A DNA stretch of 64,000 nucleotides, taken from assembly GCA_000708835.1 (NCBI GenBank), contig DF237048.1, positions 1-64,000 of the forward strand. Direction: 5' to 3'. This DNA is from Klebsormidium nitens. Lineage: Eukaryota > Plantae > Klebsormidiophyceae. The notes beneath the pieces are model-generated. The model saw nothing but the letters and a program-made list of their open reading frames with translations, ran no database searches and was not told the origin of the DNA. Of this stretch, positions 31,046-44,888 are shown in pieces. Numbering within the stretch: position 1 is the first letter of the stretch; each line of letters starts with the position of its first letter. The translations under genes and the position numbers were made by a program.

Positions 31046-33948
31046 TCACATCGACTTTGTCCTTGCAAGCGCGGTTGACGCAAGCGAGAGCTTCTCACGA
31101 AGCTCGTGGCCCCGGCTGTTCGCCACATGAGACCAGTATATCGCGTCCATCGTTCTCCCTGCCTCGTTTTTGGCGACCACTTGCTCTCTTTCGCCCACCT
31201 TCTGCGTCGCCCCCGGACACCCACACTTGCAGTACCGGCCGCTGATCGGGGCATCCAACAACTCGGAGGGGGGCGCATACAGGCCCCTAAATCGGGCGTC
31301 GCTCGGGGCGACCCTTGAGAGAGCGGGGCCTCCTGCGGCGTCGCCCTTATTTACCTCCCTCAGACGAGTAATTTCCAATGCTTCAAAAAAGTCGGAAGCG
31401 TCGCCCAAGCTCTGAGTGCGCCTGAGGACGTGGGGGCTGGGAGGCGCTCTCGCAAGCGGCTGCGGGTTCGGGCGGGGCTCGGTCACTTTCTGGAGGGTTC
31501 CCAAAGGCTGGGCAACGGGCCCCCCGAACGAGGAGATGCTCGAAGGCGCTGACTTCGGGTTGCGGGGCAAGTTGAGCTTGGGCGGCTTGGCGAGGGCAGC
31601 GCTTGGGGGGCTTCCGGGGGCCTTGTTTTCCGGCGCGCCGCCGGTGCGCGGGCCCCGGGGGCGGGTATCCGTGACAAAAGACGGCTCGGACAGGGGCCCC
31701 CCCAGAGTACGCGCGCGACCGCTCGCGCGCGGGTTGCGCGTGTGGGGGGGAGGTCAGGTGCGCCTTCCCGGGGGGGGGCGTTTCGAGGCCCCCGTCCACG
31801 CAGGCGGCCATCGGGTGGCGCGAGAGGCAGATCGGGCAGCGCACCGCGCGCAGGCGCGGGTTTGAGGGTTTATCCCCGCGCAGGTCGCCCTGCACGACCA
31901 GCTGCATGCACGCCAGGTGGCAGAGGTAGCCGCAGTGCGGCGCAAAGAGCGTCTCGCCGCAGCTGAGGGGGCGCACGCAGATGGGGCACGCGGGGGCGCG
32001 CGCAGGGGAGGGGGCCTGCAGGAGCGGAACGGAGTGAGGTTGGGAACGGAACCGGAGGGATAGGAAAAGGTCGTGTCGGAAGAAGAGAAAAGGTTATATC
32101 GTTCGGGGAGGAGAAGGGCCCTGTAATGAACGGACAAAGGAGGGTTTTGGTTGTGCGACAATATTTACTGGTTTCAGAAGAGTAGGTCTCCAACGCTGCG
32201 TCCGAAAAAGGGCCGCAAGAGAACAGGCTGGAGTTCAGAGGGGAAAGCAAAAAAGCGGAACGCGTTCGGACAAAATTGCCTGGTCAGGCGAACGGTGTCC
32301 TGCACAGAGAGGAGCTGCAAGAAGCAGATAAACTGAGCGTCGGAAGTCAAGCAAGGCAGAAAACAGAACCGTACTGATCGATTCAAAGCGGAGGCAATCT
32401 GAGAGAATCTTGATCGCTGAGAGCGGACAAGAGTACAAAAAGTGGAAGCCAGAGCATCATTTGCGCTTGCAGGGCGCCTTCAACCGCAAGCTTAATACAT
32501 AGATTAGGTTTACTGTGGTTTCTTCTTCTCCTTAATCTAACATAGTTACAATCTCCTCTGTGTCTTTTGGACGAGGAAGGTGATACCAGGATCTGAGACT
32601 TCCAAGCTGCGCAGAACGCTTAGTTCATGAAGCGGGCGCAGACCAAGTCGATGTGCATGGTCTATCAACGATGTTCGGACAGAGCAAACGATTCGGGTAA
32701 ACAGGATTCCGGTTGAGCACCACAAAGATTTTCTGAAGGCTTTCTAGAAATTTGCAACCTTCAAACCGAAACCAATTAATGCGGATGCCACATTTTCAAT
32801 TGGGTGACGGCGACAGAGATTAATTAAATAAAATTCGATTTATTTTTTTTGCTTTTTTTATTTAGCAGAGCCACAGCCTTTCAACAAAGACTGTTGGAAG
32901 ACATTCGTTCATTTATACGGATACAGAATGGAAAATGATCAGCCAAGATAAAAAAAATTGCGTAGACGGTAAAATGAGGAGAGGAAAAAGGAGTAAGGAG
33001 TTTCCCCTGGAAACACTGAGTTGGGGGAAGGCAAAGCACGTCTGAAGACGAGTTCAAGGAGACAAAGACTATCAAATAGCCACTACTGTTTAAGCAAGCA
33101 AATAGGGAACTGCGTCAAAGTTTGAATGAGGCCAGATCATCTTTCCATCGGACCAACACACATTTATCTGGCTGAAAGGTCGAAAATTGAAGGGTTTTTC
33201 GACACTCTTATTCGAGACAGTCCACAGGAGATGATCTGATACATCATTTAGAAGGTGTTGTCACAAACAGCTGTCTCGGATTAGCAGTCTGCTTCAGTGA
33301 CAGTACTAAAGAACGCAGGGTGCGCTCAATACTGAACACCCTCAGCGAGGCAATCGCAGAGCATTGAGGGAAACCTCCCCAGCATGGCTGCCTGCGATCT
33401 GAAATACACCCTCTCGGTTTTTATCTCTTGCTGTACTTATTTGAAAATTGAAGCAATGACAACTTTCGCTACAGGAGGCTGGATATGTAACAGCAATCTG
33501 AGTTGAGGAAGTTGGTCTTTTCCAGCTGCGAAACCCTGGCTGTAAAAGCGCTAATAGACAAACAAGATGGAGGCAGATCAGAAAGGCGCCTCACCTCAGA
33601 CTTCCTTTCTCCGGCTACCAGTGTGGAGGAGAGCTCTGTGGGGAGCCATTTGGCCAAAGTGACGCTGGGGCGCTGCGAGGGCAACACAGAAACCCCCTGG
33701 GAAGTTGTCCTCAGCTTGCCCCCTCCATCTTCTTGCTGGCTACTTCCTTGAGTAGCTGAGAGGCTGCGGCCAAGCAATGGCTGGCCGGTGTCGCACATCT
33801 GGTGTCCAGTCATTCCTTGACTCTTCACTGCTCCCCTTGAGATCGTGTCTGTGAAGCGAAAAAGAGCAGCTTGATAGTCAGCTTTGCATGGCTGCTTCTT
33901 GCCTAGGTCTGATGTGGAGCGCATAGACTCTGAAATATTAATCTGAAA
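31046..33948 (-). CDS. RING-H2-like zinc-finger protein with a long Pro-rich tail; partial model with an apparent frameshift
   Basis: The exon starting at 32015 (ctgcag acceptor) encodes CPIC-x14-CGYLCHLAC-x23-CPIC. The downstream frame (to TGA 31048-31046) is offset by one base around 31750-31700. A probable upstream exon is 33948-33595 (phase 0-0). Further 5' exons are unresolved. Confidence 0.55.
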
Positions 33949-36900
33949 CTGTGGAATGTAATCAAAGATGAAGTGGAGGTCAACCGGCAAGCTCTTCTCG
34001 TATGGAAGTTGAGAGGGTTTCGATCTGATTTGCCGGCAGATTTTAAATATTCATATTAGCTGTGCTTGTGCCAAAACATCATATCAGACTACAGGCACAA
34101 AATAGATGTACTTCAGGTCAACCAAGGAACTCTCAATCAAAAGAGTACAACATCTATCAGGTCACAACCGAATCTTGATTATGAACTGCGCCAATGAGGA
34201 CTTTCACAGGTGCCAACAAAGAATGGTTTCTATACTTGTGAATGATGCCGGACTTTAACCTAGCATTGGCAGGCCCGTTGTGGCCAAGTAGCTGGCAAGC
34301 CTTTGAAGTGCTAAACTGGCGCATGCTTGAAACAAGCTGTCACTGAAACGTGCAATCAGTTCAGGGATTGTCCTTAGAGAGAATGGATTCAGGAACGAAG
34401 CAGAATGCCAGCCTATAGACACGCTGATGCGTAAGTGATATGAATTAATGCTCCATCTGGCAGGCAATAAACCAAGTATCCTCCCTCATTGGTATAAGAG
34501 CAAGAGGCTGGTCAACAAAGCAAGAACCAACAGACTCACCAACAGGCACCCCATGCTTCTGGCTCTCCACCACAAGCAGGAGGGACTTGAGCAGCAAGCT
34601 GTTTGCCATAACTTCATGCCAGCAGGAAACTCAAGGGGCCGCTATAAGAATAATGTCGCAGACAGTGCTCCCCAGCACTCCTGCACAGAGCAGAAGCCCC
34701 TGTAATCCTGCATTTGGGGGGCACATGCTTAAAGAGGTGCGCTGAGCGGATTTTTATTGTCACTGAGCTGCTCATTGGAAGCCTACCGGTGCTGGAGAAT
34801 CCCTTTTGAGATTGACGTCTGACAGTGAAGGTAAAGAATGCTTCCTGACCTGCCTACAATCTTCTCTTGCACGGCAAATGCTTGTGAACTCTGGGAGATG
34901 CAATGAGACCAAGGCGTTCATTCTCGATTTCCGCAGGCTGGCAGACTTTGCCACCACCTATTTGTGGTCTGCAGCAGCTGACAGTGAGAGAGGCACGATT
35001 TGCAGAAATATCTGATATTAGGTTCTCAATGCCCATGTGATATAGCAACGGAACTGAGAATTCCGGCAACCGAAAACCCCATGGTCAGCTGATCAGTCCG
35101 ACTGCCTCATCTAAGGCATTTCAGTAAGCTTGGCAAATGTGACGTCTTTCATTGCAACTTGCACCACAGGTCCAGCCTCTTATACGATACTGTAGCTAGT
35201 ACCTAAACGCTTTCTGTCCGTCGTCAAAAGCATCAAAAGTGCCTTTTTTATTCAGCTGGATAGTAAGCTTGATGTTCCTGTCTGACCATCTGACAACGTT
35301 CTGATGTCATAATGCACGAGCTGTAGTACAGCTGTCGATATTGCGTTTAGCCGTGATCTCTGTCAGAAGGGATGTAATCCGCAGATTTGGTCTAACTGAT
35401 TCTCAGCCTCAACTTTGCTGAAGCCTGGACTTGAGGTTGCACTACAATGTGATCAACGTGATCGAGCTGCCAGATCAGATATTTCTGAGCAACCTCTGAC
35501 CTCATGTGCTTGATTGTCCATGTGGAGCCTGTTCGGCAGGCAATCATGGCTTCCTTATAAGCAGGGACTCATGGCGTGACGGTGAACGTTGTACCAAAGT
35601 ACAGTACTCAAACTTCAATACCGGTATGTCAAGCCTGCCAATCTGCCAGACTAGATTTATAGCTAGCTAATAGTAGCTTTTGTACGGGTTTTGTACGTGA
35701 CCGGCATTGACCTGCTCATCCATGCTCATCTTTGAGTGTGGACTTCCAAGCCTGCCAGCCTAATAGAAGACAGTTAACCTGTTCAGGCTTCTCAGTCGTC
35801 CGATGTGCGAATGGGCCATCATCGGCCGTCAGATGGAGAACCGTGGAGCACGACCGGACGACGCGCGATGACACCGGGGGTCCATGGGCCGGGCCCTTGT
35901 AAGTTTCTACCGGTCTGGGCGCGTGCCCGGCCCCTACTACGCCGACAACTGCGGTATGACCGAGCACTCTGCCTCGCGCTGTACCGTTGATGCAAAACGG
36001 ACAAAGAAGCCAAACATTTTTGGGAATAGAATGCTCGTCGACGCAATGTGTATTAACAGGGCACTGCTCATAGAGCACAACCGAGTGACTTTGGTGGGGT
36101 TGGTGGGCGGGTTAGGGTGGGCTGGGGTGGGCTTTGGCGGAACGACTTAGGGTGTTGGTTAGGTTTATGTCACTGTATTTAGGTTTGTAGTGTTGGTCGG
36201 AGGCTCCCGGGCCAGAGACCGTGCAGTGGTGGGTACCTTAGCTTGCAACGGTACTTGAAATCAAGCTTGCGCGGTACCCACCTTTATTGGACGAGCGCCG
36301 ACTTGCGTACAAGTCCGAAAAGAGTTTGGCTTCTTTGTACCCCTTGCACCGTTGATACAGCCAAACCGTAGCGTGCGGACGGAAGGCTCGTTCAGCTCAC
36401 CAACGTTTTCACAACTGACGATCTAACGGCTTATATTCAGCAGCCAACCATAATCGAACAGTCATCCTGTCATCTGTTTTTCGCGCCACAAGCGGCAAAG
36501 CCTGTGTCACTGTCGGATGTGTGGGTATGCCGACCTACCTAGTTGACCTTCTTTCTGTTCAAGTTCAGAGTCTATCCTCATATTCGCGTTTAAATTTCTT
36601 ACATCGAGGTATTGGAGGTCACTCTCGGAATTACTGAATACAAACTTGGTCAACAAGTGGCAGGCCCCGACGATTCACCAAGACTCGGGAAAGATTTCGA
36701 CAGCGAAACAGTCTCTCTGTCCAAATCCGGGCGATACCTATATATCCCCTCAGGGCACGAAGAATCCGGTGAAGTCAGGTAAAGTCTTGTGGAATGTTCC
36801 CATCGCTGCATGCCATGCAGTGCATGATGCACGATTTGACGGCAGGCTTTCAAAGTTCAGGAGGGGAACGCTCTACAGCGAGGGCATACTAGGTACCTAA

Positions 36901-36990
36901 TGCGCAGCTCTTCAGCCAGGAGGGGTGCGCGAAAAGGTGGCGCATTTTGTAGGGAGGCAGCTCCTCTTTGCGCTTGATTGAGCTCACAAG

Positions 36991-38079
36991 ATGGGGCGGG
37001 GAAGCGGGTCCGGCGCCGGGAAGGGGCTCGCCCTCTCGGCCGCCCTGATGCAGAAGATTCTGCTGAGCTACCTGTATGTGTCGATCTGGATCGTGCTCAG
37101 CGCGGCGGTCATCCTGTACAACAAGTACATCCTGGACCGCAAGATGTACAATTTTCCATATCCCCTCACGCTGACCATGTTCCACATGGCCTTCTGCTCG
37201 TCCCTGGCTTTCCTTATCATTCGGGTTTTCAAATGGGTAGAACCGATTGGGTTGACGCGCGAGCAGTACATGGAGTCCGTCGTCCCAATCGGGGTGCTTT
37301 ACGCGCTCAGCCTCTGGTTTTCCAACTCTGCCTACATTTATCTCTCAGTTTCCTTCATCCAGATGCTCAAAGCACTCATGCCGGTCGCTGTCTATTCCAT
37401 CGGCGTGGTCTTCAAGAAGGAGGTCTTCAGCGTGGAGACCATGGCTAACATGCTGGGGATCTCAGTTGGAGTTGCAGTAGCCGCATACGGAGAGATCAGG
37501 TTCGACGTTTTTGGGGTGATCCTCCAGCTCGGGGCGGTGGCCACAGAAGCAACCCGGCTGATCCTTGTCCAGATCCTGCTAACCTCCAAGGGGTTGAAGC
37601 TTAACCCGATCACTTCCCTGTACTACATCTCCCCCGCCTGCCTAGCCTTCCTCACCATCCCCTGGGTCTTCATCGAGATGCCTCGGCTGCAGCAGATCGC
37701 CATGTGGCGGTTCGACCCGTTCGTATTCCTGTCCAACGCGTCCGTTGCTTTCGGGTTAAATCTCGCGGTCTTCCTTCTGATCGGCAAGACGAGCGCGCTG
37801 ACCATGAACGTGGCGGGGGTGGTCAAGGACTGGTTACTGATTGCCATTTCCTGGTTCCAATTCAAGGACCCTGTGACAAGCACCAATCTGTTTGGGTACA
37901 GCCTCGCGTTCCTGGGGGTCTGTGTGTACAACCACGCAAAGCTAAAGAAGGCCGTGCAGAAGGAGGCCTCCAGGAAGCCTGAGGGGGACGTGGAGAGGGC
38001 GGAGGCTGAGGAGAGGGTTCCGCTGAAAGACATGGGAGAGGACAAGCCGCTAGACTCCCGTGGTGGGGGCCAGAGTTGA
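36991..38079 (+). CDS. UAfT: Nucleotide-sugar/triose-phosphate transporter family protein, closest in motif to Arabidopsis UDP-arabinofuranose transporters (UAfT clade); single exon
   Basis: 362-aa multi-TM ORF with [83 protein letters not shown]. Substrate assignment is by similarity only. Confidence 0.88.
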   Translation: MGRGSGSGAGKGLALSAALMQKILLSYLYVSIWIVLSAAVILYNKYILDRKMYNFPYPLTLTMFHMAFCSSLAFLIIRVFKWVEPIGLTREQYMESVVPIGVLYALSLWFSNSAYIYLSVSFIQMLKALMPVAVYSIGVVFKKEVFSVETMANMLGISVGVAVAAYGEIRFDVFGVILQLGAVATEATRLILVQILLTSKGLKLNPITSLYYISPACLAFLTIPWVFIEMPRLQQIAMWRFDPFVFLSNASVAFGLNLAVFLLIGKTSALTMNVAGVVKDWLLIAISWFQFKDPVTSTNLFGYSLAFLGVCVYNHAKLKKAVQKEASRKPEGDVERAEAEERVPLKDMGEDKPLDSRGGGQS

Positions 38080-40678
38080 CCGGTTAGGGTTACAGTTGCA
38101 GGACGGTTAGAGGTGGAGAAAGCGCAGCTTTCGCTGGCAGAGGGGGGAATGGAGAGATGCGTGGAGGGTGGCAGGTCTGGTGAGGTGGCGAGCACAGATC
38201 GGCTGCAGAAAGGGGACCGCTCCCGGTGGGCAAAGGAAACGACTAGCTCCTCAGAGTGCACAGCAGGTAGGCGCAACTAGCGCGGAGAGTTTTTGGAACG
38301 AGGGAGGTGTCCGAAAGCGGCAGTCCGCAGAGATGTGTCTGGTGCCAGCTTGCTGCAGCAGCAGGTTAGGGTTGCGCTCCAGGGCTCACAGTGTAAAGAA
38401 AGTAGACTCTTTTTCTTGGCCAGTCAGGCAGCAATATGGACAACCCGCAAGGGTCGTAGCTGCGTACATTTCCAATGTGACATTTCCAAGCGCATGGTAT
38501 CCAACCAATCGCCCATTAGATTATTGTCCAGATTAATCCTGTTCCATCGGTGACACGTCTTTTTTCCAGATTTGTGCAATGGTTGCCTTTTCCAGCTTTC
38601 TTTCCGCTGCTCGTTGCTTTCTTCATTGCGGTTTGCTTTTGTTCAGCAGAAGGTGCTGCAATTGGTCCTCCAAATCTGAACTGATTGTCAAACTGCCTCT
38701 TTGTACGGTTTCCGGAAAGATCCAACGACAGCCCCTTGAACAGTGAATGGATGTTTCCCGTGTACACTTCTGCAATGTACCATTTTGTCTTTCTTCATGC
38801 AGCTCTGAGACCATTTAGCAGAGCCTGTGTTTGCATATGTCCCCTGAGCATGCGCTTACTTCCTGATAGCAGCGACTTCCTTCTTGGAATGGAATGCTTT
38901 TTTGTTTACCAGATTGTCGATGCTCTTGAGCTCTCGCACATTGCCTGTTTGCTGCAAACCTACCGTCAAAACTCAAACGCAGGCCTACCAGATCAGCATT
39001 TGTGCTCAGTATTCAAAGGCAATGATGGTCAAAATGCTTGTTCTCTTGACCATGAGGTTGGACGGGCCTGGAAGCTTGTTCTGTACACTTTTGGACTAAC
39101 ACATCCAAATTGCTGTCGTCGTCTCAAGCAAACGGCTTTGCAAGTCTGACTTGACAATGATACAGTAGAGGCTGACGAAATGGGCCACTCAGTAGGAGAA
39201 TTTTTCGATGCCCCAATCTATTCGTCAATACAGTCGCTAAAATTGTGTGATAACAATCTTCTCAGAAAAAGAAAGCTTTGATCGGTGTTCCATTGAAGAC
39301 CAGATGTCAATTGTAGCACTTACACATTCAAGACTTTGGATTGGGGACTGATCGGGGACTGATAGCATTGCTGTTTGCAACATGATTATCTGTTTGGATG
39401 GCATTCTGCTCATGGATCAAGTGAGGTGGTGGTATTCTGGCATGGAAACTGCTCGACTTGGCTTTGGACCAAATGCCAAGACTACTACGGCGTTTTCCCC
39501 TCCCTCTTGACTGATAGGCTTGGACAGGCTGGAAACATGGTGCACGAGCAACTAATGTTGAGCTACAAGTAGTTCAGAGCTTATAGTTGCACCTAGAATG
39601 CCGATCTTTCTTTGATCATGTAACTTGAATTGAAGCTGGGGATCAATGCCAGCAAATTTTTGGGGAGCAACCACCTTGAGTCATGCCAGGTTTCAGGCTG
39701 GTGCTCATGCTTAAATTGCAAACCTTCAGTGTCAGAATCCCCAAATCTCATGTCGCCTCCTCCAAAAAGTGATGCAATTATTTCTGGCTGACGAAACATG
39801 CTAGCACGTTTGCACCATGATGGTCTGAGCAACATTTTGGTCACGTAGCGTGGCCTATCACATGAGCCTAGGTATTTGAGTTTGCTGCAGTACATGCATG
39901 CTAATGCCTCACACGCAAGATACTATGCATGCGTACAGTTGGAATGTACCAATCACGTCGAAGCGCGACTGCATGCCGCATACCTATGTGTAACCGTCCC
40001 TTTGGGCCATTGCAAGGGGTATCGCAGTTCCTTGTCTGTTTTAGCTAGTACCAAAGTCAAAAAGGCTGACGACCAATGTTGAGTGCAGTACACGTCCTCA
40101 GTTACTCTGAGAGAACATGGTATATCTGGTCGCAAGAAGATTGCAGGAGCTTCGGCTGACAAAAAGCTGTCACACATGCCTTTCATGTTGAAGGTTTTGC
40201 AGCATGAGAAGGTCGATCTGTGATGCAATCATTATTTCGAATGTATTCAGACGACACCATGCATGCTTCACAATCAAAGGATGTATATATGCTGGACATA
40301 GTCTTGATTCCTTCAACAGTGTACCTAAGTTGGCCATGCCTCATTCAAGCTTTTAAGGATGTGAAATTCACACTAATCGCGCTATGAAGGCAACCGAGCT
40401 TGTGAGCAGCGTCCCCTCGACAAGGACCACAATGACGTCAGCTACAGATGCCAGATTCGAGATCGATTTTGAAGAAGGCATGATCATCAACGCAAAGTCC
40501 ACAAGCCGACTGGCGTTTGTACCATGTCATTTCAAGCGCCTAGCTTTTGACGTTTCTGTGATGATCATCGCAAACATAGGGGATTATAATCTTACAATGC
40601 ATGCCAAATGCTGGCGGAATCCTGCCGCCTGTTGTATGATTGCCACAAAATCATTGTCGCAAATACGTGCAGTTCGGC

Positions 40679-43600
40679 TCACTTTTGTGAATAGTCCCGT
40701 GCTCCAAAAATCGACGACCCAACTCGTACGTTTGTACTCCCCATCTCGGTCTGCAGATTTAAGCTGACAGCCGTCAGTTCTGAAACGAAAGATTTGTCGG
40801 ACACATTCGATCAAGAACTAGTGACCCAATTTTGTCCTTATTGTTGGAACCACCACCTTCACAAACGAAGTCGAAGCTGCTGAGACCGCCCCTTCAAACG
40901 CGGGCGTTTCCAAAGAAGTTGGCAGATGTACATAAACGGCGAGAAAATCTCATGACTCTTCTTAAAAATCCTCAGGCAGATGCAAAGGACCAGGACTCAA
41001 GGAAACTCTCTCGCCCAAGCGCCGGACCATAAGGTCGATCTGGCCGAGAGTGAAAAGAAAAAAGACAAGCAGATCTCTTTCCAAATGGGAGTCCTTCTGC
41101 CTTCTTCTGTTGTGCATGAGATGGGCCCAACGAAGAAAGCCCTCGGAAGAGTGGAACCGAGCTTTGTCGTCTGTGTCGTAGGGCCAGGGAACGACTCACC
41201 GCAGCTTCGAAGTCCTGCGACATGCCCATACTCAACTCGAGGTCGTCCTCCGGCAAGTCGAGCTCTCGACAGACCCGCTGTCGACAGTCTAGTAGCATCT
41301 GCACGCAGAAGAAGACGACACAACGTTACGAGATCTATTCGCCAGTCTAATCTTGGTCTGCGGACGAGCTGACTCTTTCCTTCGTTACTGTCATCGAGTC
41401 ACGAGCACTCCTACTAGTTCGACTCTTCCGGCATTGGTGGCCGTTGACATAAGCTCGGCCAGATCTTTGTTAACGTGCTTTCCGTATTGTCTGCATCTTC
41501 ATCACCCTTTCCGCCGGACGGTTGGCCGTGCTTGAGGGCTGGCTGCCGTCTGTCTGAAAAGAGTGGCATAACGACTTTCACCGGCCCAGTCTCTCTGAGT
41601 GACCAGGATTTCGAAAGGACTTTCGGGATAATGACAGAAGGTGTTTGTTGTCCGGATAATGACAGAAGGTGTTCGTTGACATTATGAGCCAATTGCTTTA
41701 CGAAGCAAGAGGCCGGGGACACGCAGACGCCTTCCCGACTAGCCGATAGATTCATCCCTAAACGCCGTGGTCAAATAAGAGTACGATTTCCAACGACTGC
41801 CTACGCACAACGTCTGCCTTTGATGCTGGTGCTATACATACGAGACTTATATTGCTTCGCTTTATACTTTCAAGTCTCCTCGTAGAGTGACTCTGTAAGC
41901 CATGGTCATGACCCGTTGCAAACGGCTACCATTCCAAGTCATTCCAAGTCAAACTAGAAATTCAAGCTTCAGTTGACCGATTTAGTCGCCACAAGCGCAA
42001 ACTTCAGCCGGTATGACCGCGTGCCTAGATGAGCGACCACGTGGTGAGGTCATTTAGAGGAGTCTCGGGACTTTGCCAACTGCCGGAGAATGCCCCAGAC
42101 GAGAATGGACCCACACTGCTTTTGCTTCCTACAAAGCCCTAGGTCAAAGGATGCGGGTATCGAACGGGCGTTGCCAACGAGCGTACCTGGAAGTTTTCCG
42201 GTTTCGACGTGTAGTCCAGCATCCCGATCGTCATCAGGCCCGCTAACCGCAGGTTTGGACACTGGTTATGCACGTGCTTCGCGAGATCCACGCACTCGTT
42301 AGGCTCGACGCCGTACTTGGCTGCACACCAGAAGGAGAAGAAAGAAAGTGGTTAGGCGTTGATCATAGGAAGATGCGTTGGTCGCGTTGGTCCCGTTGGT
42401 CAAGATAGAGTTCCACCTCTTATCCGATAAGCTGAACGGAAAGGAACCTGGTGAGGTCTTCGCATGTGCTTCAGCTCCACTTGACAGCGACCCAAGGAGG
42501 GCTCGCTGATTGAAAGGGGTTATGCATTAAGAAAAATTTCTGCCGTCAGACTATCATTAGGGCTCAGTGTCAGTTGCTAAGCACTAGAAAGACGGTCCAC
42601 ACACTTCCTGGGCTCTGCCCTGTGCTTCTCTGAACAATCGTCAAAAGGTGATACGTCTTTCGTATCAAGCTTGGCTTTGGGTCTCCCTAGGATGCTTGCG
42701 CGCCTATAGGCCATGTACATAATACGCCTGATCGTGGAAGAGCAGATTGCGGTTTCAAGGATCAAGTCCGTTCGATTCGGTAACCCAACATGGTTCAGGA
42801 GCTAGGCAACAGCTGGGTAAGCTTTTATCTCAACAGTGATCTGACTACGACGTTTTCAATGACCCAACCTAAAGACTTGCTAGCAGCCACAATCTGAAGG
42901 CAGGGACGCGCAACTGAAACAATCACCCACGACGACTTGAAGAGGCTAAGTGGCCCTATCGAGCCGACGTCCCCGAAACCTCTTCAGGTCCATTAAGCTT
43001 TCAGGTGGCATCCAAGGCCGATCCGTCGTCATATTGAATTCAAACCGCAATAATAAGAAGACTCTGCTGCGATTGTGCTCGCCTTCAGAACGAAGGATTG
43101 AACGCACCGTCAACTCTGCGGAGTGACTGCCTGAACTACCTAGCAACGAGGTTCCTCGGGAGGCCACAATATTACGATTTTCACCCGACGCACTTTCTGT
43201 TCCTATACCTCGAGGTCGTTACGAGCAGCCCACTCCTGCCACACCGCATCGTACAGCTCTAGACACTCAGCAACTTCACACCAGCGGCAATCGCAGACAA
43301 ACTAAACACAACAGCGTGCGCCACTCACTCTCCTCCCCGCTCGTGTTCACTTGCACCATGACCTTGAGCTTCTCGTCCCGCTGCGCGCCCTCGCAGGCCC
43401 TGTTCAGGTGGTTCGCGATCTTCTCGCTATCTACCGTTTCGACTGAGTACAGGTTCGGCACCGCTTGCACCAGGGCCTTTGCCTTGTTGCTCTGCAGATG
43501 ACCGATGAAGTGCCAGTGCACGTCGCGCGGCATCTCGGGCGCTTTTTCTAGCAGCTCCTGGACGTAGTTCTCGCCGAAGTGGCGCTGGCCGGCGTTGTAA

Positions 43601-44888
43601 GCCTCCATGAGCATGGAGACGGGCTTGGTCTTGCTGACGGCAACTAGGCGCGGCTGCGGGAAGAAAGCTTTCAACGTTAGGGTATCAACGTTTTTCCGAG
43701 TCTCCCGGCTTTAAGAGTATGGATCAGACTTGAAGGGTCACAGTAGGGGCGGCGGCAGAAAAGAAACACAATTATGCAGGTCAAGATGAGTGAGAGAGGC
43801 ATGAGGTGGGGTTTTAACCTGTGAGGGGAACGGGGCTTTCACTTGGCTCCGCAAACCGCAATAAAACAAGGAGACATGCTCTTAACGAGCACTCGATCAT
43901 CTTCAGCCCTGAAAGCATGAAAACAATCAGGAAACTGATTGCGTTTCCAACGTTGAAACTCGAATGGCTTGTTTGTGACTTGCGATTCTCTTAGAGAGCT
44001 GTTCATAATTATGCTCCCAAAGTGGGGCGCTGATTGCAGATATGAGGGGCACGATGAAAGCAGTCGACCAATCCGCCAGCGCCCATGACCGTGACGAACG
44101 AAAGAAGGTAGGAAAAGAAGCGCCGTTGAAAAAATGATGAGGCTGATGTTTGGGCATGAATGAACCCCCAGCCTCTGAGCTACTTCAGGCCACTCTTGGA
44201 ACAACATGTATTGCAAGTAGGAAACCCATCAAAAAGATACACCGGTTGATGCTGCAATGAGTATGATATCTTCTGCAATCAGTAGCATATCTTCAAGTAG
44301 GGGCTCTCAGGGGCGTCATTCGCAGAGCAGCCACGCGAACACAACTTTTTGACAGGCCTGGCTGTGAATGTGTAATACAGCACTGAATATTTCCCCATAT
44401 AAACTGCTCTATTTGTGTATACGTTCAATCAAAGCACAGTTGTATTGGGAAAGCGTTGATGCCACCACCACAGCATAACCTTCGGACCAAGGAAGGACAT
44501 CTTTCTGGACTAGGGAACTTCACTTTTCCACTAATGCTGTGCCCTTTGTCTCCGCATGTTTCCACGCATGCTCACTACTTTAGCCAGATCATTGGGCAGG
44601 CTGAAAGCTTTCATTCCTCGAGCAACTTTTTTTCAAGAAGCCCTCACAGCATTGCAGACTTTCGCAAACAAAAGTAGTGGAGCGAAAACATCATACGCAT
44701 GCTAAAGTGACTATTGGAAGGACCTCGATGAATGCACTGGCCGGGCGAAAATCGCAGAAGCAGTGGCTCACCGGCTGCGATCTCCCCGCTTTCTCTGCTG
44801 CCTTTTGCACTTTGGCCAGCACATCTCTCAGTGCCTTCCCCACTGCAGTCTGCGCAACAGAGGATGCCATCTCCTTGTCGTCGCTCAT
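40679..44888 (-). CDS. PLPBP: Pyridoxal-phosphate homeostasis protein (PLPBP/YggS family); 5 exons
   Basis: Minus-strand exons 44888-44772, 43653-43329, 42320-42187, 41298-41200, 40750-40679, phase-consistent. Motifs: LVAVSKTKP (PLP lysine), [61 protein letters not shown]. Confidence 0.96.

Noticed and set aside
34000-35760. Upstream exons of the RING-like gene
   Set aside because: Several candidate GT-AG exons exist, but I could not build a unique phase-consistent model.
37623-38276. Long antisense ORFs (also 284-556, 31416-31865, 47865-48449, 58434-59006, 61921-62894)
   Set aside because: Shadows of GC-rich true exons on the opposite strand, with no independent motifs.
40384-40767. 127-aa plus-strand ORF
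   Set aside because: Antisense to the last PLPBP exon and its 3' UTR, with no recognisable domain.
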